Source: a virus
Lineage: Duplodnaviria > Heunggongvirae > Uroviricota > Caudoviricetes
Length of the DNA stretch: 64,000 nucleotides
Reading direction: 5' to 3' (one strand)
IMG/VR virus record: IMGVR_UViG_3300029615_000411
Coordinates: 119,874 to 183,873 of that record
Of this stretch, positions 17,005-25,637 are shown piece after piece. Numbering within the stretch: the first letter of the stretch is position 1; every line of letters starts with the position of its first letter. A model generated the notes under the pieces. It worked only from the letters and a program-made list of their open reading frames with translations, was not told the origin of the DNA and made no database searches. A program made the translations under genes and the position numbers.

Positions 17005-17036
17005 TATATTATACCACATAAATATAATGTGGTCAA
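17005..17036 (-). promoter_or_regulatory. class II promoter P1 (TTGACC-17-TGgTATAATATA) for the secY-sortase operon
   Basis: Reverse complement TTGACCacattatatttatgtggTATAATata; spacer palindrome ACCACATaaatataaATGTGGT. Confidence 0.5.
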
Positions 17037-17048
17037 TACAAATTGCGA

Positions 17049-17080
17049 ATAAAAAAATGCCCCGCCGAAGCAGGGCATGT
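17049..17080 (-). terminator. intrinsic terminator after gene 17098..17751 (ATGCCC...GGGCAT TTTTTTT)
   Basis: aaaaaaatgccccgccgaagcagggcat read on minus strand. Confidence 0.55.
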
Positions 17081-17097
17081 GAAATATCAGAAGTGCC

Positions 17098-17751
17098 TTA
17101 TCGAATACCGTATCCCATATCTTGTCGCACGAGTTTTATTTCTGAAGTGTTTTTCAAACTATCGGGGAACATTTCTTTAGCGTAATCCTGATAGCGTTTC
17201 GTAACATACTTTACGCCGAGTTCTTCCGGTTTGATATCTGCTGCGGTTTTTCTGATACGTTGATTCGATGCGCGAGAAGAACATTTCTTGCATAAGCAAA
17301 GCGCGACATTAGAAATGCCTTCATTCCCGCAGACGGCGCATTTTGCATGCGTCTTATCTCTATCCCATTCCTTTATTTCTTTTCCGTTTTCCGGGTCTAT
17401 TACAAGGCGGTTGCGCTTACAGCGGCGCACATAGAACACGCTTTGGCAGCAGGCAACGCATAAGCCTAAATCTTTGCGGTAGTGAGAAGAGAGACCATCT
17501 GTGACTTCACCGCACAAAAGGCATTTATTTTGAGAAACAATATTCTTGTACTTATTAGCCTTGTTCTCTAATAGCTTTTTTATGATTTCACCGGTCTTAT
17601 CGGGTTCAGGAGGATACGCATCCCATCCGTTTACAGGAAAAAAGCTGGAAAAGTCGTTCCATTCATCATCAGAAAACGAACAGCCAACAGGTTTGAGTAT
17701 CTTAGGGAGTTTATTGGACCATACTTTTTCTGCATTAGACTTCTTCGGCAT
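17098..17751 (-). CDS. Cys-rich (multi CxxC) hypothetical protein
   Basis: AAGGAGGAG RBS before ATG 17751; CLLCGE, CVACC, CAVCGNEG, CLCKKC. Confidence 0.5.
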   Translation of the reverse strand: MPKKSNAEKVWSNKLPKILKPVGCSFSDDEWNDFSSFFPVNGWDAYPPEPDKTGEIIKKLLENKANKYKNIVSQNKCLLCGEVTDGLSSHYRKDLGLCVACCQSVFYVRRCKRNRLVIDPENGKEIKEWDRDKTHAKCAVCGNEGISNVALCLCKKCSSRASNQRIRKTAADIKPEELGVKYVTKRYQDYAKEMFPDSLKNTSEIKLVRQDMGYGIR

Positions 17752-17782
17752 ACAGGCTCCTCCTTTGGAAGGAGTGACAGAA

Positions 17783-19207
17783 TCAATATTCTGCCACGAT
17801 GTTATCATCGGGTTTCTTCTTTATCAAAGAGTCCCCAAATCGATTTACATGTTCTTTCGGCGGTTCAATGACCTCGATGTCGGTATCCTCCACTTTTTCG
17901 ATTTCGTCAGAGGAATCGTCGTCTTTTTCATTCTGAACCTTATCCGATGGATTGGTGATTTGTGCATCCTCTTTTGCAACATCTGAAAGCAAATCAAATG
18001 TCAACTGAGAATTTGAGGACGCTGGTTTCTTTTCTCTTTTCTTGGTTGTTTGGCGTTTTTTGGAAGTTCTTTTTGACTTTACAGGTTCATTGGAACCACC
18101 ATCGCTTGTTTTTGCACTTGCTGTGTTTGAATCAGCAACCGCATCCGCTGAAGCCTTATCCTTGTTTGTTTCTGTGACGGGTTCCTGAACCTTTTTGTTT
18201 TTTGATAAATCATCTTTGTCGGATTGTTTTGATTCCAAAGCAGAAGACTCTTGTGCGTTTGAACCTTGTTCTTCTTGCACAACAGATTCTTCCTTTACTG
18301 GAATCTTAGCAGTTCCCTTCTGCAAAAGACCGTCGATTGCTACAACGGCCTCAGACTTCTTTTCTTCGGACTCTGCCTTCTGTACTGCACGGCGAATCGC
18401 CTCGGTTTTTTCTTTCTTTTCTTTTTCTGCTGATGCGGTATTTTCGCTTTCCTTTATCTCAGCAGGCACATTCATGTCAGATTTCGAATTCCACCACTTC
18501 TCAATAGTAGTAATCGTTCTTTCTACTAATATTATACCACAAAATTTGTGGTTTGACAACTTACGGCTCGGCACAAAGCATACAATACCGCACAGAGAAA
18601 CAACCAGTAAAACAATAGCAAGTCCTGCATCAAAAATAAAACAGATAAACGACACCGGAATCAGCAGCTCGCAGATACCGCGCATGATAAATACTGTTTT
18701 ATCTCCTTGGTCTTTTCGGTTTTGCATAAAACTGTCTCTCCCCTTCTGCGGGTGATAAGACAAACCACTTGACAAGCCGTTTGTTGCCCAATCACAAGGT
18801 ATCTCGTAAGTCTTTTCTCCTAAGCTGTCTGTGTACTGAATTACAGCAATATCAAAATACTCACCATTCTTCTGTGATGCCAAGAATGCGCGTAAGAATT
18901 CATTTCCAACAGACCGCGCAGGAACAATAATCGTTTCGATGCCGTCAGAATCTTTTGCGGCAATATCTACTACATAGGTATCATCTTCACCGCGCCATAC
19001 GTTCTGCACAATACCGCGCACCAATATACCGCGCTTATGAACACGCCTTCCCATAAAAGTAAAGGAGTTTTCAGAATACCACGTGTTTACCATGCAATAC
19101 GCAGCAATAATAAGCAATGTAAGGTACTTAACATTTATGGAGATAATGCTTAAAGAAAAAATATACGGAACGAGCATCAGCAAGACGAATGATACAAAGC
19201 TATTCAC
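17783..19207 (-). CDS. membrane protein with long K/E/S-rich disordered C-terminal half; contains an internal consensus promoter
   Basis: GTG start overlapping upstream TGA; TM helices in N-terminal half; low-complexity acidic/lysine tail. Confidence 0.45.
   Translation of the reverse strand: MNSFVSFVLLMLVPYIFSLSIISINVKYLTLLIIAAYCMVNTWYSENSFTFMGRRVHKRGILVRGIVQNVWRGEDDTYVVDIAAKDSDGIETIIVPARSVGNEFLRAFLASQKNGEYFDIAVIQYTDSLGEKTYEIPCDWATNGLSSGLSYHPQKGRDSFMQNRKDQGDKTVFIMRGICELLIPVSFICFIFDAGLAIVLLVVSLCGIVCFVPSRKLSNHKFCGIILVERTITTIEKWWNSKSDMNVPAEIKESENTASAEKEKKEKTEAIRRAVQKAESEEKKSEAVVAIDGLLQKGTAKIPVKEESVVQEEQGSNAQESSALESKQSDKDDLSKNKKVQEPVTETNKDKASADAVADSNTASAKTSDGGSNEPVKSKRTSKKRQTTKKREKKPASSNSQLTFDLLSDVAKEDAQITNPSDKVQNEKDDDSSDEIEKVEDTDIEVIEPPKEHVNRFGDSLIKKKPDDNIVAEY
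18529..18560 (-). promoter_or_regulatory. class II promoter P2 inside the 474-aa ORF (TTGTCA-17-TATAAT, extended -10)
   Basis: Reverse complement TTGTCAaaccacaaattttgtggTATAATatt; perfect palindrome ACCACAAA/TTTGTGGT in spacer. Confidence 0.45.
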
Positions 19208-19878
19208 TTTGAATCACCGCCTTCGCCAAATCCGTCCAAAAAGACAAGATTTTCTTTTGTGTGTTTCTTTTTTTGTTCAATAACTTCTTTTTCAGCTTCT
19301 TGTTTGACTTTATCGTACGCTTCCAACGGGCTCATGGAAGGTACTGATTTCTGCGTATCAGCAGGGACAATAGTATCATCGTTTTTGACGGCTGTCGTTA
19401 CACGACTGCAGGTTACGAGATTTCTGTCATTAAACGCAGTTACGCCATCCTCATTTGATTTAAAAATAAAGTCATACATAGCACCAACGAAGAAAGAGTT
19501 TTTAACGTTTTTCTTTGATTCGTTGACGCTGAGGAAAAAATCGTATTTTCCGTTTTTGTCGATAAACTCTCCATCCTCATTGACAGGGATGATTCGATAG
19601 GTTGAAATCTGCTGGCGAATCATATTTTTGCTGGACTCATCGGATACAACAATTCCCTTAACAGTCTTATACCGTTCATTTTTTTCATCATTATGAATCT
19701 CATAAATTTGAAAAATAAAATAAGCGGCGCACATCAAGCCGATAAGAAGAATCTTCCACTCCTGCATTACAACAACACCGAAAATAGAAGCAATCAAGAA
19801 CAGAATAGCGATAAGCCCATTCTTCACATACATAGATGTGATAAGAGATTTGCAATCCGGATGATAAATCTTAGACAT
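19204..19878 (-). CDS. membrane protein (2 TM near N-terminus)
   Basis: ATG 19878 after AAGGCGGTG. Confidence 0.45.
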   Translation of the reverse strand: MSKIYHPDCKSLITSMYVKNGLIAILFLIASIFGVVVMQEWKILLIGLMCAAYFIFQIYEIHNDEKNERYKTVKGIVVSDESSKNMIRQQISTYRIIPVNEDGEFIDKNGKYDFFLSVNESKKNVKNSFFVGAMYDFIFKSNEDGVTAFNDRNLVTCSRVTTAVKNDDTIVPADTQKSVPSMSPLEAYDKVKQEAEKEVIEQKKKHTKENLVFLDGFGEGGDSK

Positions 19879-19879
19879 T

Positions 19880-20866
19880 TTATTCACCGCCTTCTACGTT
19901 AGAATCTTTATCTGCGCTGTTTGTCGTACTGGCAGACTGTAAAATGCTTGCACCCTGCTCATTCAGAACATCCTCGATTGTCTTGTCGCGTAGTTTAATG
20001 CTGGACAAGACGACATCGTAAGACTCCCCAGACGAAGTAGTTACCCGTGCGATATATTGAATGGTCGTATCCCCCGCAAGCAATGCGCCATCTATTGTTT
20101 GCTTCTGACGATTTCCGTCCTTATCTTCGGTCTCAACCACATACATATCCTGTGACGCTTTTTGTGCAGATACAGAAGACGTCATAACAATATCTCCGGC
20201 CTTCATATCAGAGGTCGCGAACTTGTTTACGATAGAACCTGTTCTATCCACAAAGAACACGGGAGTATCCTGCTGCATCTTCCCGTCGCCGTCTACGAAA
20301 TGCGAACCGCATAAGGATTCGTATTCGTTGACACTCAAAGTCTTATAGCTGAGTTCTGAATCCTCGATGGTATCCCCGGAAGGAATATCCACATTTACGA
20401 CAGCAACTTTATATTCTCCGGTAAGCTGTCCACTGATTTGGACCCAGTTTGTGTATACGAAGAAGCCAATAGCGATGGCGACAACGGCAACAATGAACAT
20501 TGCGATACCGATATTACGCTTGTTATTGTTTTTAATGATTTGTGCCTGTTCTAGGATTTCCTTACTGGCATGCTTAGTATCTTTAAGCGTCTGGTTTGCT
20601 TCATCCAGTGTATCGCTTGTCTTTGTAAGCACTTCGTAAGCTTTGGTCTCTCTATGGCCGACATTCACATTCAGCCCTTTTGCGCCATTGTTGTTGGCAG
20701 ACTTTGCGTTGTTGTATTCGGCGCGAAGCGTTTCCACAACGGAATCGTCAAGCGTCATCTGTTCCCCGTTAGGCAGAATTACCGTACCATCATCATAGAC
20801 ATCGAAAACACGTTCCTTGCCTTCATACATGGCGCGTACCTGACCGATAACATAATGTTCGTTCAT
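19880..20866 (-). CDS. bitopic membrane protein, possible SAF/CpaB-like extracytoplasmic domain
   Basis: AAGGGGTG RBS before ATG 20866; TM IGIAMFIVAVVAIAIGFFVY; VAVVNVDIPSGDTIEDSEL resembles SAF domain. Confidence 0.4.
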   Translation of the reverse strand: MNEHYVIGQVRAMYEGKERVFDVYDDGTVILPNGEQMTLDDSVVETLRAEYNNAKSANNNGAKGLNVNVGHRETKAYEVLTKTSDTLDEANQTLKDTKHASKEILEQAQIIKNNNKRNIGIAMFIVAVVAIAIGFFVYTNWVQISGQLTGEYKVAVVNVDIPSGDTIEDSELSYKTLSVNEYESLCGSHFVDGDGKMQQDTPVFFVDRTGSIVNKFATSDMKAGDIVMTSSVSAQKASQDMYVVETEDKDGNRQKQTIDGALLAGDTTIQYIARVTTSSGESYDVVLSSIKLRDKTIEDVLNEQGASILQSASTTNSADKDSNVEGGE

Positions 20867-20880
20867 GTTTATCACACCCC

Positions 20881-21375
20881 TTATCTCTTGTACTTTTCGA
20901 ACACCTTGCGCGAAGGAGCTCTCGGACCACACATTTTGCACTTTTTACTCTGCTCAACATAATCAATGAGCATCTGACGTTCCCATGCAAGGTATTCGTC
21001 CATATTTTTTTCTTTCCATGAATCGAATTTGCCGTATGAAACACCGAGATAACTGGCGAATATGCTGACAGCATTCAGCATATAATCATTCGGGATTACA
21101 ACCCTTTTCCCGTCCAGATTGTAAGCATGTCCCGTAGTGATTTTATTTCTTGTCTGTCCTATCTTCATTCGCCTCGTTTCTGTGTTCTTCTTTACCTGAG
21201 TTTCTCTTCTTAGGGTACTGCAGGACTTGCAATATTGAGTATTTTTGGCGGTAGAATAAAAAATCCTGCCGCATTCCTTGCATTTGCGTTCGTACGTTAT
21301 GGTTTTAGGAGTTGTACTTTGTTTTTGGGTTTCTGTATGGTTGCTGTTTTCAGAAGTACAATGATTCCGAGCCAT
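20881..21375 (-). CDS. zinc-finger (CxxC) hypothetical protein
   Basis: CKECGRIF...CKSC, CKMCGPR. Confidence 0.45.
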   Translation of the reverse strand: MARNHCTSENSNHTETQKQSTTPKTITYERKCKECGRIFYSTAKNTQYCKSCSTLRRETQVKKNTETRRMKIGQTRNKITTGHAYNLDGKRVVIPNDYMLNAVSIFASYLGVSYGKFDSWKEKNMDEYLAWERQMLIDYVEQSKKCKMCGPRAPSRKVFEKYKR

Positions 21376-21391
21376 AATCTGTACCTCTTAT

Positions 21392-22453
21392 TTAAACGCG
21401 AGCGTCAATCAGGCAATTCAGCAGCCCGTTCGCGTCACAGCCAAACAATAAGCATCCGAACACACCAATGGCATGTCCTTTTCTGGTAGAGAATGTTCCT
21501 GCCGTAACACCAAGATGCCCGGCAATCTGCTCATCTGTCCAGTTGTACTTTTTCCCCTCAATCATTGCAAGGATAACGTCATAATAACGTTGACCAAGCG
21601 GAAACTGTTTCATGATTTCGACAGCCCCTCGTATGAGTTTCACATACTCCACAATGAGATAGGCATCGCTTCTGTTTTTATCAGAAACTTTGATTTTACT
21701 CAAATCTTCGTACGAAGAAGACCCAAGCAGTTTCATGGCGGGGTCCTTTGACCGTGAGGCACGATACAGAATACGCGTGTATTCCGTAAGAAGCAGCGGA
21801 ACATTATGATAAAGGCTTGCTTCTTCTACCCCGTCCACATCACTGCTTGTCATCAGGATTTTATAATATTCCTTGATAACACTACCTGCTGTATTGTAAA
21901 CGGATTCAATGCACCGCTCGCAATACTTCATGATTTTGATGCGTCCATTCTTCGGAAGAACGGCGGGATTCAAAAAGCAATCAAACACCTCCCGCATGCT
22001 GGAACAATAATCGACTTCGTACAAGAGTTCTAACCGCGACTCCTCAATGGCGTCAAGAAGCATCTGACAACTTTCGAAGTATTCTTTGCGTTTCCTGAAA
22101 TGCAAAGACTCTTCCTCAATATTCGGAGCCAGCCAGCTCTGAATACGGCGCAGACGGGAAATGGCTTCGACATCGCACATCTCATCGTCGTGAACGTTTT
22201 CACAGTTCTGCATCATGACATCAAGGTCTTGTGCCTGCATCATCCATTTGAGTGCCGGATACAATATCATCAGAACAGCCGCTTCTTTCAGTTCCGGCCG
22301 CTCTTCCACAACACGGTTTACGCACTTTGTCAGCACATAAGAATTGGGGATGTCTCCGCCAAAACTTCTACGCAGAACAATGTTGTCCTGCATAATAGCA
22401 TCGAGCAATGCGTAAAGCTGCTGTTCTTGGGCTTTATTCAATGCTTCGGACAA
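21392..22453 (-). CDS. hypothetical regulator with sigma-70 region-4-like C-terminal HTH; TTG start
   Basis: WTDEQIAGHLGVTAGTFSTRKGHAI resembles sigma region 4.2; AAAGGAGGGAAGG RBS before TTG. Confidence 0.35.
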   Translation of the reverse strand: MSEALNKAQEQQLYALLDAIMQDNIVLRRSFGGDIPNSYVLTKCVNRVVEERPELKEAAVLMILYPALKWMMQAQDLDVMMQNCENVHDDEMCDVEAISRLRRIQSWLAPNIEEESLHFRKRKEYFESCQMLLDAIEESRLELLYEVDYCSSMREVFDCFLNPAVLPKNGRIKIMKYCERCIESVYNTAGSVIKEYYKILMTSSDVDGVEEASLYHNVPLLLTEYTRILYRASRSKDPAMKLLGSSSYEDLSKIKVSDKNRSDAYLIVEYVKLIRGAVEIMKQFPLGQRYYDVILAMIEGKKYNWTDEQIAGHLGVTAGTFSTRKGHAIGVFGCLLFGCDANGLLNCLIDARV

Positions 22454-22893
22454 TTTGCCTTCCCTCCTTTCGCAAGATTCGTTTCAATATGAATATGCGT
22501 GTTATCATGTACGGTTTCGGACAAAAGGCCACTATAATGGAACATGACCTTGTACTTCTTTGCGCTACAGGCATATTTGAGTCGCGCCCAAAGGTCTTTG
22601 TTATGACTGGGCTCAGTATCGCTGTCCTCTACGCCAAAAGAAGCACCAGTACGCGCAATCGCATTATCGCTGCTGAATACGACAATCTGAGACCCTGTTG
22701 GCAAACCGATGTTCTCGATAATGCGGCAGAGCTCTGCCAATTTCAGCCTTGTATAACCAATTGGAGTAGCCATAAAATAAGTATCCTTCTGTCTATCCGA
22801 CTTGGCGGAAGGATTTACGACAAAACTGTGAACGCACACCTCCCCATTCAGTTCCGGCGTTTTGACGATATCAAGATAAATAATAGCGGCCAT
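22438..22893 (-). CDS. hypothetical protein (151 aa)
   Basis: GGGGGAG RBS before ATG 22893. Confidence 0.45.
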   Translation of the reverse strand: MAAIIYLDIVKTPELNGEVCVHSFVVNPSAKSDRQKDTYFMATPIGYTRLKLAELCRIIENIGLPTGSQIVVFSSDNAIARTGASFGVEDSDTEPSHNKDLWARLKYACSAKKYKVMFHYSGLLSETVHDNTHIHIETNLAKGGKANCPKH

Positions 22894-22919
22894 AAATCGC
22901 TCCCCCTAATGTACAGTAA

Positions 22920-22950
22920 TTGACTTTTTCGCGTTTTTGTGGTATTATAT
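22920..22950 (+). promoter_or_regulatory. plus-strand class II-type promoter (TTGACT-17-TGgTATTATATA) for the 23048 regulator; divergent region with an 11-bp inverted repeat at about 22966-23012
   Basis: ttgactttttcgcgtttttgtggtattatata; TTATATTACCG...CGGTAATTATATA. Confidence 0.45.
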
Positions 22951-23047
22951 AAGTGCAGTAAAGGTATAATTTATATTACCGGTTACAAAAATTGTTGTTT
23001 TCGGTAATTATATAAACTTGTCTGTTAAACCAAGCAGGAGGGAAATT

Positions 23048-23710
23048 ATGAGTAACAATATCAACAACAACCACGAATCGGTAGAGAATATCTTCAATGC
23101 TTTCTTGATGGGAGGCAAAATGAACACTGCTTCCAAGCAAGAACGAGCAAAAATTGTAGATACCTTTATGGAACAGGCAAAATCTTGCTTTGTTGACACG
23201 GAGAATACCGTGAAATATCTAAATGTTCTGATGGAACGGACGAGACTCCGTTATGGGTTTACCGCTGATGAATTTGCAGCAATGTTGGGATACAGCAGCA
23301 CTGCCGCTTACAACAAGACATTCATGCAACCAAATGCAAATTTTGGAACTGTAGTATTTCCTTATGTGGTTCAGTTTTGCTATCTGTTTGGCTATAATTT
23401 GTCAATTCCTGATTCCGTGTCTGCTCCGCAAACAGTGGCAGACCTATACTCTTTGGAACTGGCTTCTTTTCTGATTTCTCTTGGCCCCGATGCAATGGAT
23501 GATATTTCAAGAACATTGGTCGGTGCCGAATACCTTGACCCGAATTTAAGAAAAACAAGTTCTCAAATACTTTCAAAGGCAAAGAAATACTTCTATGGTA
23601 ATGATGGTGAAGCGTTACCCAATGAAGTTCAGTACCGCAACAGATTAGATAACGCTGAGAATAAGATTAAGCGTCTCGATAAAATAGAGAAAGCCAATCA
23701 CGACAAATGA
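23048..23710 (+). CDS. HTH-containing putative transcriptional regulator (plus strand)
   Basis: AGGAGGG RBS 6 nt before ATG 23048; GFTADEFAAMLGYSSTAAYNKT helix-turn-helix-like; own TTGACT-17-TATTAT promoter. Confidence 0.55.
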   Translation: MSNNINNNHESVENIFNAFLMGGKMNTASKQERAKIVDTFMEQAKSCFVDTENTVKYLNVLMERTRLRYGFTADEFAAMLGYSSTAAYNKTFMQPNANFGTVVFPYVVQFCYLFGYNLSIPDSVSAPQTVADLYSLELASFLISLGPDAMDDISRTLVGAEYLDPNLRKTSSQILSKAKKYFYGNDGEALPNEVQYRNRLDNAENKIKRLDKIEKANHDK

Positions 23711-24175
23711 TTAGCCGCCAAACATATCGGCTAACTGTAATGCAAGCATCGCTTCTTCTGAAATAGGAGGCGGTGCTTCTTCTGTTTTTGGAGTTGTGTT
23801 GATGGTTTGTGTGTCTGTAATGTTTTGGGGGGAGTAATTTGAAGCTGGCGCAGCTACCGCAATCCCGTTTTTCTGAATGCTGCTTGTCACTGCATCTACA
23901 ATCTGAGGGATACAGCTTCTGATTTCTTCTGCTATTGTGTTTTGCAGTTCCTCTTTTAAGATGGACTGCGCTTCTTGCATCTCATGTTGTTTTGTAGCCT
24001 TGTCGATTATAGCATTTACAACCGCATCGGTTTTTCCGCCGCGTTGCAAACTGTTCAGATAATCATATACAAGTACATGATTGTCTTTGCTTAAATCAAA
24101 AACAAGTGTGGTTCGTACCGTCGTGCCAACGGTCTCTTTTTCTGTTTCATTCTTTTTGGGACGTCCACGCGGCAT
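23711..24175 (-). CDS. parR: ParR-like small DNA-binding partition adaptor (ribbon-helix-helix-like N-terminus)
   Basis: MPRGRPKK basic N-terminus then beta-alpha-alpha pattern; immediately downstream of the ParM-like gene. Confidence 0.4.
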   Translation of the reverse strand: MPRGRPKKNETEKETVGTTVRTTLVFDLSKDNHVLVYDYLNSLQRGGKTDAVVNAIIDKATKQHEMQEAQSILKEELQNTIAEEIRSCIPQIVDAVTSSIQKNGIAVAAPASNYSPQNITDTQTINTTPKTEEAPPPISEEAMLALQLADMFGG

Positions 24176-24208
24176 TCAGTGCTCACCACGCTTTCGAAAA
24201 CGGTGCTC

Positions 24209-25168
24209 TTAAATTTCACCGCTCATGGTCAGCTTTGCACGAGCCATGATTTCATATCCTTTTGCATTTGCGGTTACATCCGTCAAGAAGAAAAGGTTCT
24301 TGGTGTCAATGGCTCGCTCGATGCTTTCGCGCATCATAGCAGAACCACCGCCCATAAAGATGAAATAGGATGTTTTGAAATCGTCCTTGATTTTTTCGGA
24401 AATCGTACGAATCAATGCTGTTGCATAATTGTCTGCGGTTTCCTTGGCAATTTTCACGGCGTTTTCATCGACCAGCATGTTGTTGTTCCCTGCAAGGATT
24501 GCCTCAGCCATGTAGTCATCGACCGACAAGGAACAATGGACACGCAGCTCGCTCTCGACAGTGCTCAGGAGTTCAATGACTCCACGGTCATAGCTTTCGC
24601 AGAAAGAAAGGTCCGGAGCATAAGTGTTGCCACGACCAGAGAAACGAATCACATCCGTGGTATACCCGCCGATGTCTACGACATAAGAACGGGGATAGCG
24701 CTTGATTTCCTTCTGAATCTCGCTTGCTGCCGTAATAGAAAAGCCCTGAGGATAGACAAAGACATGCTTGACAGTAATCTCAAACGGGATATCTTTGTAC
24801 ATGAAATTGATGAGTTTCCCGCTTTTGCCGAAATACTCATCATACTTCGCTTTCAGGGACATATGCTGCGGGGGCAAGCCCATCGCGAGGCATACATCGT
24901 ATTTGTAGAATTTCTGATTGGGATACTTCTTTATAAGGTTCTTTGCTACGGCAATCAGCGTCAGCAAAAAGTAAGTGTCATCCTTCGTCTTATCCTGCTG
25001 ATAAGGCGTACGGCTGTCATTGAGGGAATAATACTTCCCCATGTAGCACATCGTCTCTCCCTTGATAGCCGGTTCAGTCGTACCATGACGAACAAGACCA
25101 GTGGGAAACGGCTCACAGCCAGGCGTCTTCATTGCCTTGTTTCCGGTATCTACTCCAATAATCTCCAT
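24209..25168 (-). CDS. parM: actin-like ATPase, ParM/StbA/Alp family plasmid segregation protein
   Basis: MEIIGVDTGNKAMK (phosphate-1), VVDIGGYTTDV (phosphate-2), IFMGGGSAMM (adenosine) motifs; GGAGGA RBS before ATG 25168. Confidence 0.65.
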   Translation of the reverse strand: MEIIGVDTGNKAMKTPGCEPFPTGLVRHGTTEPAIKGETMCYMGKYYSLNDSRTPYQQDKTKDDTYFLLTLIAVAKNLIKKYPNQKFYKYDVCLAMGLPPQHMSLKAKYDEYFGKSGKLINFMYKDIPFEITVKHVFVYPQGFSITAASEIQKEIKRYPRSYVVDIGGYTTDVIRFSGRGNTYAPDLSFCESYDRGVIELLSTVESELRVHCSLSVDDYMAEAILAGNNNMLVDENAVKIAKETADNYATALIRTISEKIKDDFKTSYFIFMGGGSAMMRESIERAIDTKNLFFLTDVTANAKGYEIMARAKLTMSGEI

Positions 25169-25264
25169 AAAAAATCCTCCGAACGAGTCGCAATATAGTT
25201 GAAAGTACGAATTTTGGGATACTCTGCGTGATAAAATATAAGTGTCTACCAGATAACAATGGGA

Positions 25265-25395
25265 CTCACTGACTGATGCATAGCAGTTGTTAAAACGGAA
25301 AGAACAACTAATATACAACTACCTGTTGTTATCATGATACCACACATGCAGTTGTCCAGCAACGAACTTTTGTTCGCATAGACAACAAAAAAGAA
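25265..25395. promoter_or_regulatory. iteron cluster (at least 7 copies of CAGTTGT/ACAACTG-like 7-8-mers, both orientations) between the ParM-like gene and the XRE gene; candidate parC centromere or operator
   Basis: agCAGTTGTt, gAACAACTa, tACAACTAc, cTGTTGTTa, gCAGTTGTc, tTGTTCGc, GACAACAa within about 120 bp. Confidence 0.4.
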
Positions 25396-25406
25396 AGGAG
25401 TTATTT

Positions 25407-25637
25407 ATGCCATCCACCTTTGATACCATGGTAGGAAAGCGAATCAAAAAGCAACGAATGGAAATCAATTACAGCCAAGAACAGTTGGCGGCAAGCACGA
25501 ATTGTTCCTATCGCTGCATCCAAAAATGGGAGTCAGGAAAGACGATGCCGCGAGCACAAATGCTATGCAATTTAGCAAAAGCCTTACATGTTTCGTCTGA
25601 CTGGCTGCTTGGTATTTCCAATGACAGGAACGGTTAA
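25407..25637 (+). CDS. XRE-family HTH transcriptional regulator (Cro/CI-like)
   Basis: GKRIKKQRMEINYSQEQLAASTNCSYRCIQKWESGKTMPRAQMLCNLAKALHVSSDWLLG; AAAGGAG RBS. Confidence 0.7.
   Translation: MPSTFDTMVGKRIKKQRMEINYSQEQLAASTNCSYRCIQKWESGKTMPRAQMLCNLAKALHVSSDWLLGISNDRNG

Noticed and set aside
22438-22893. RNase HI assignment for the 151-aa protein
   Set aside because: The resemblance is loose (YTRLKLAELCRII versus TNNRAEL) and the catalytic DEDD residues cannot be placed; left as hypothetical.
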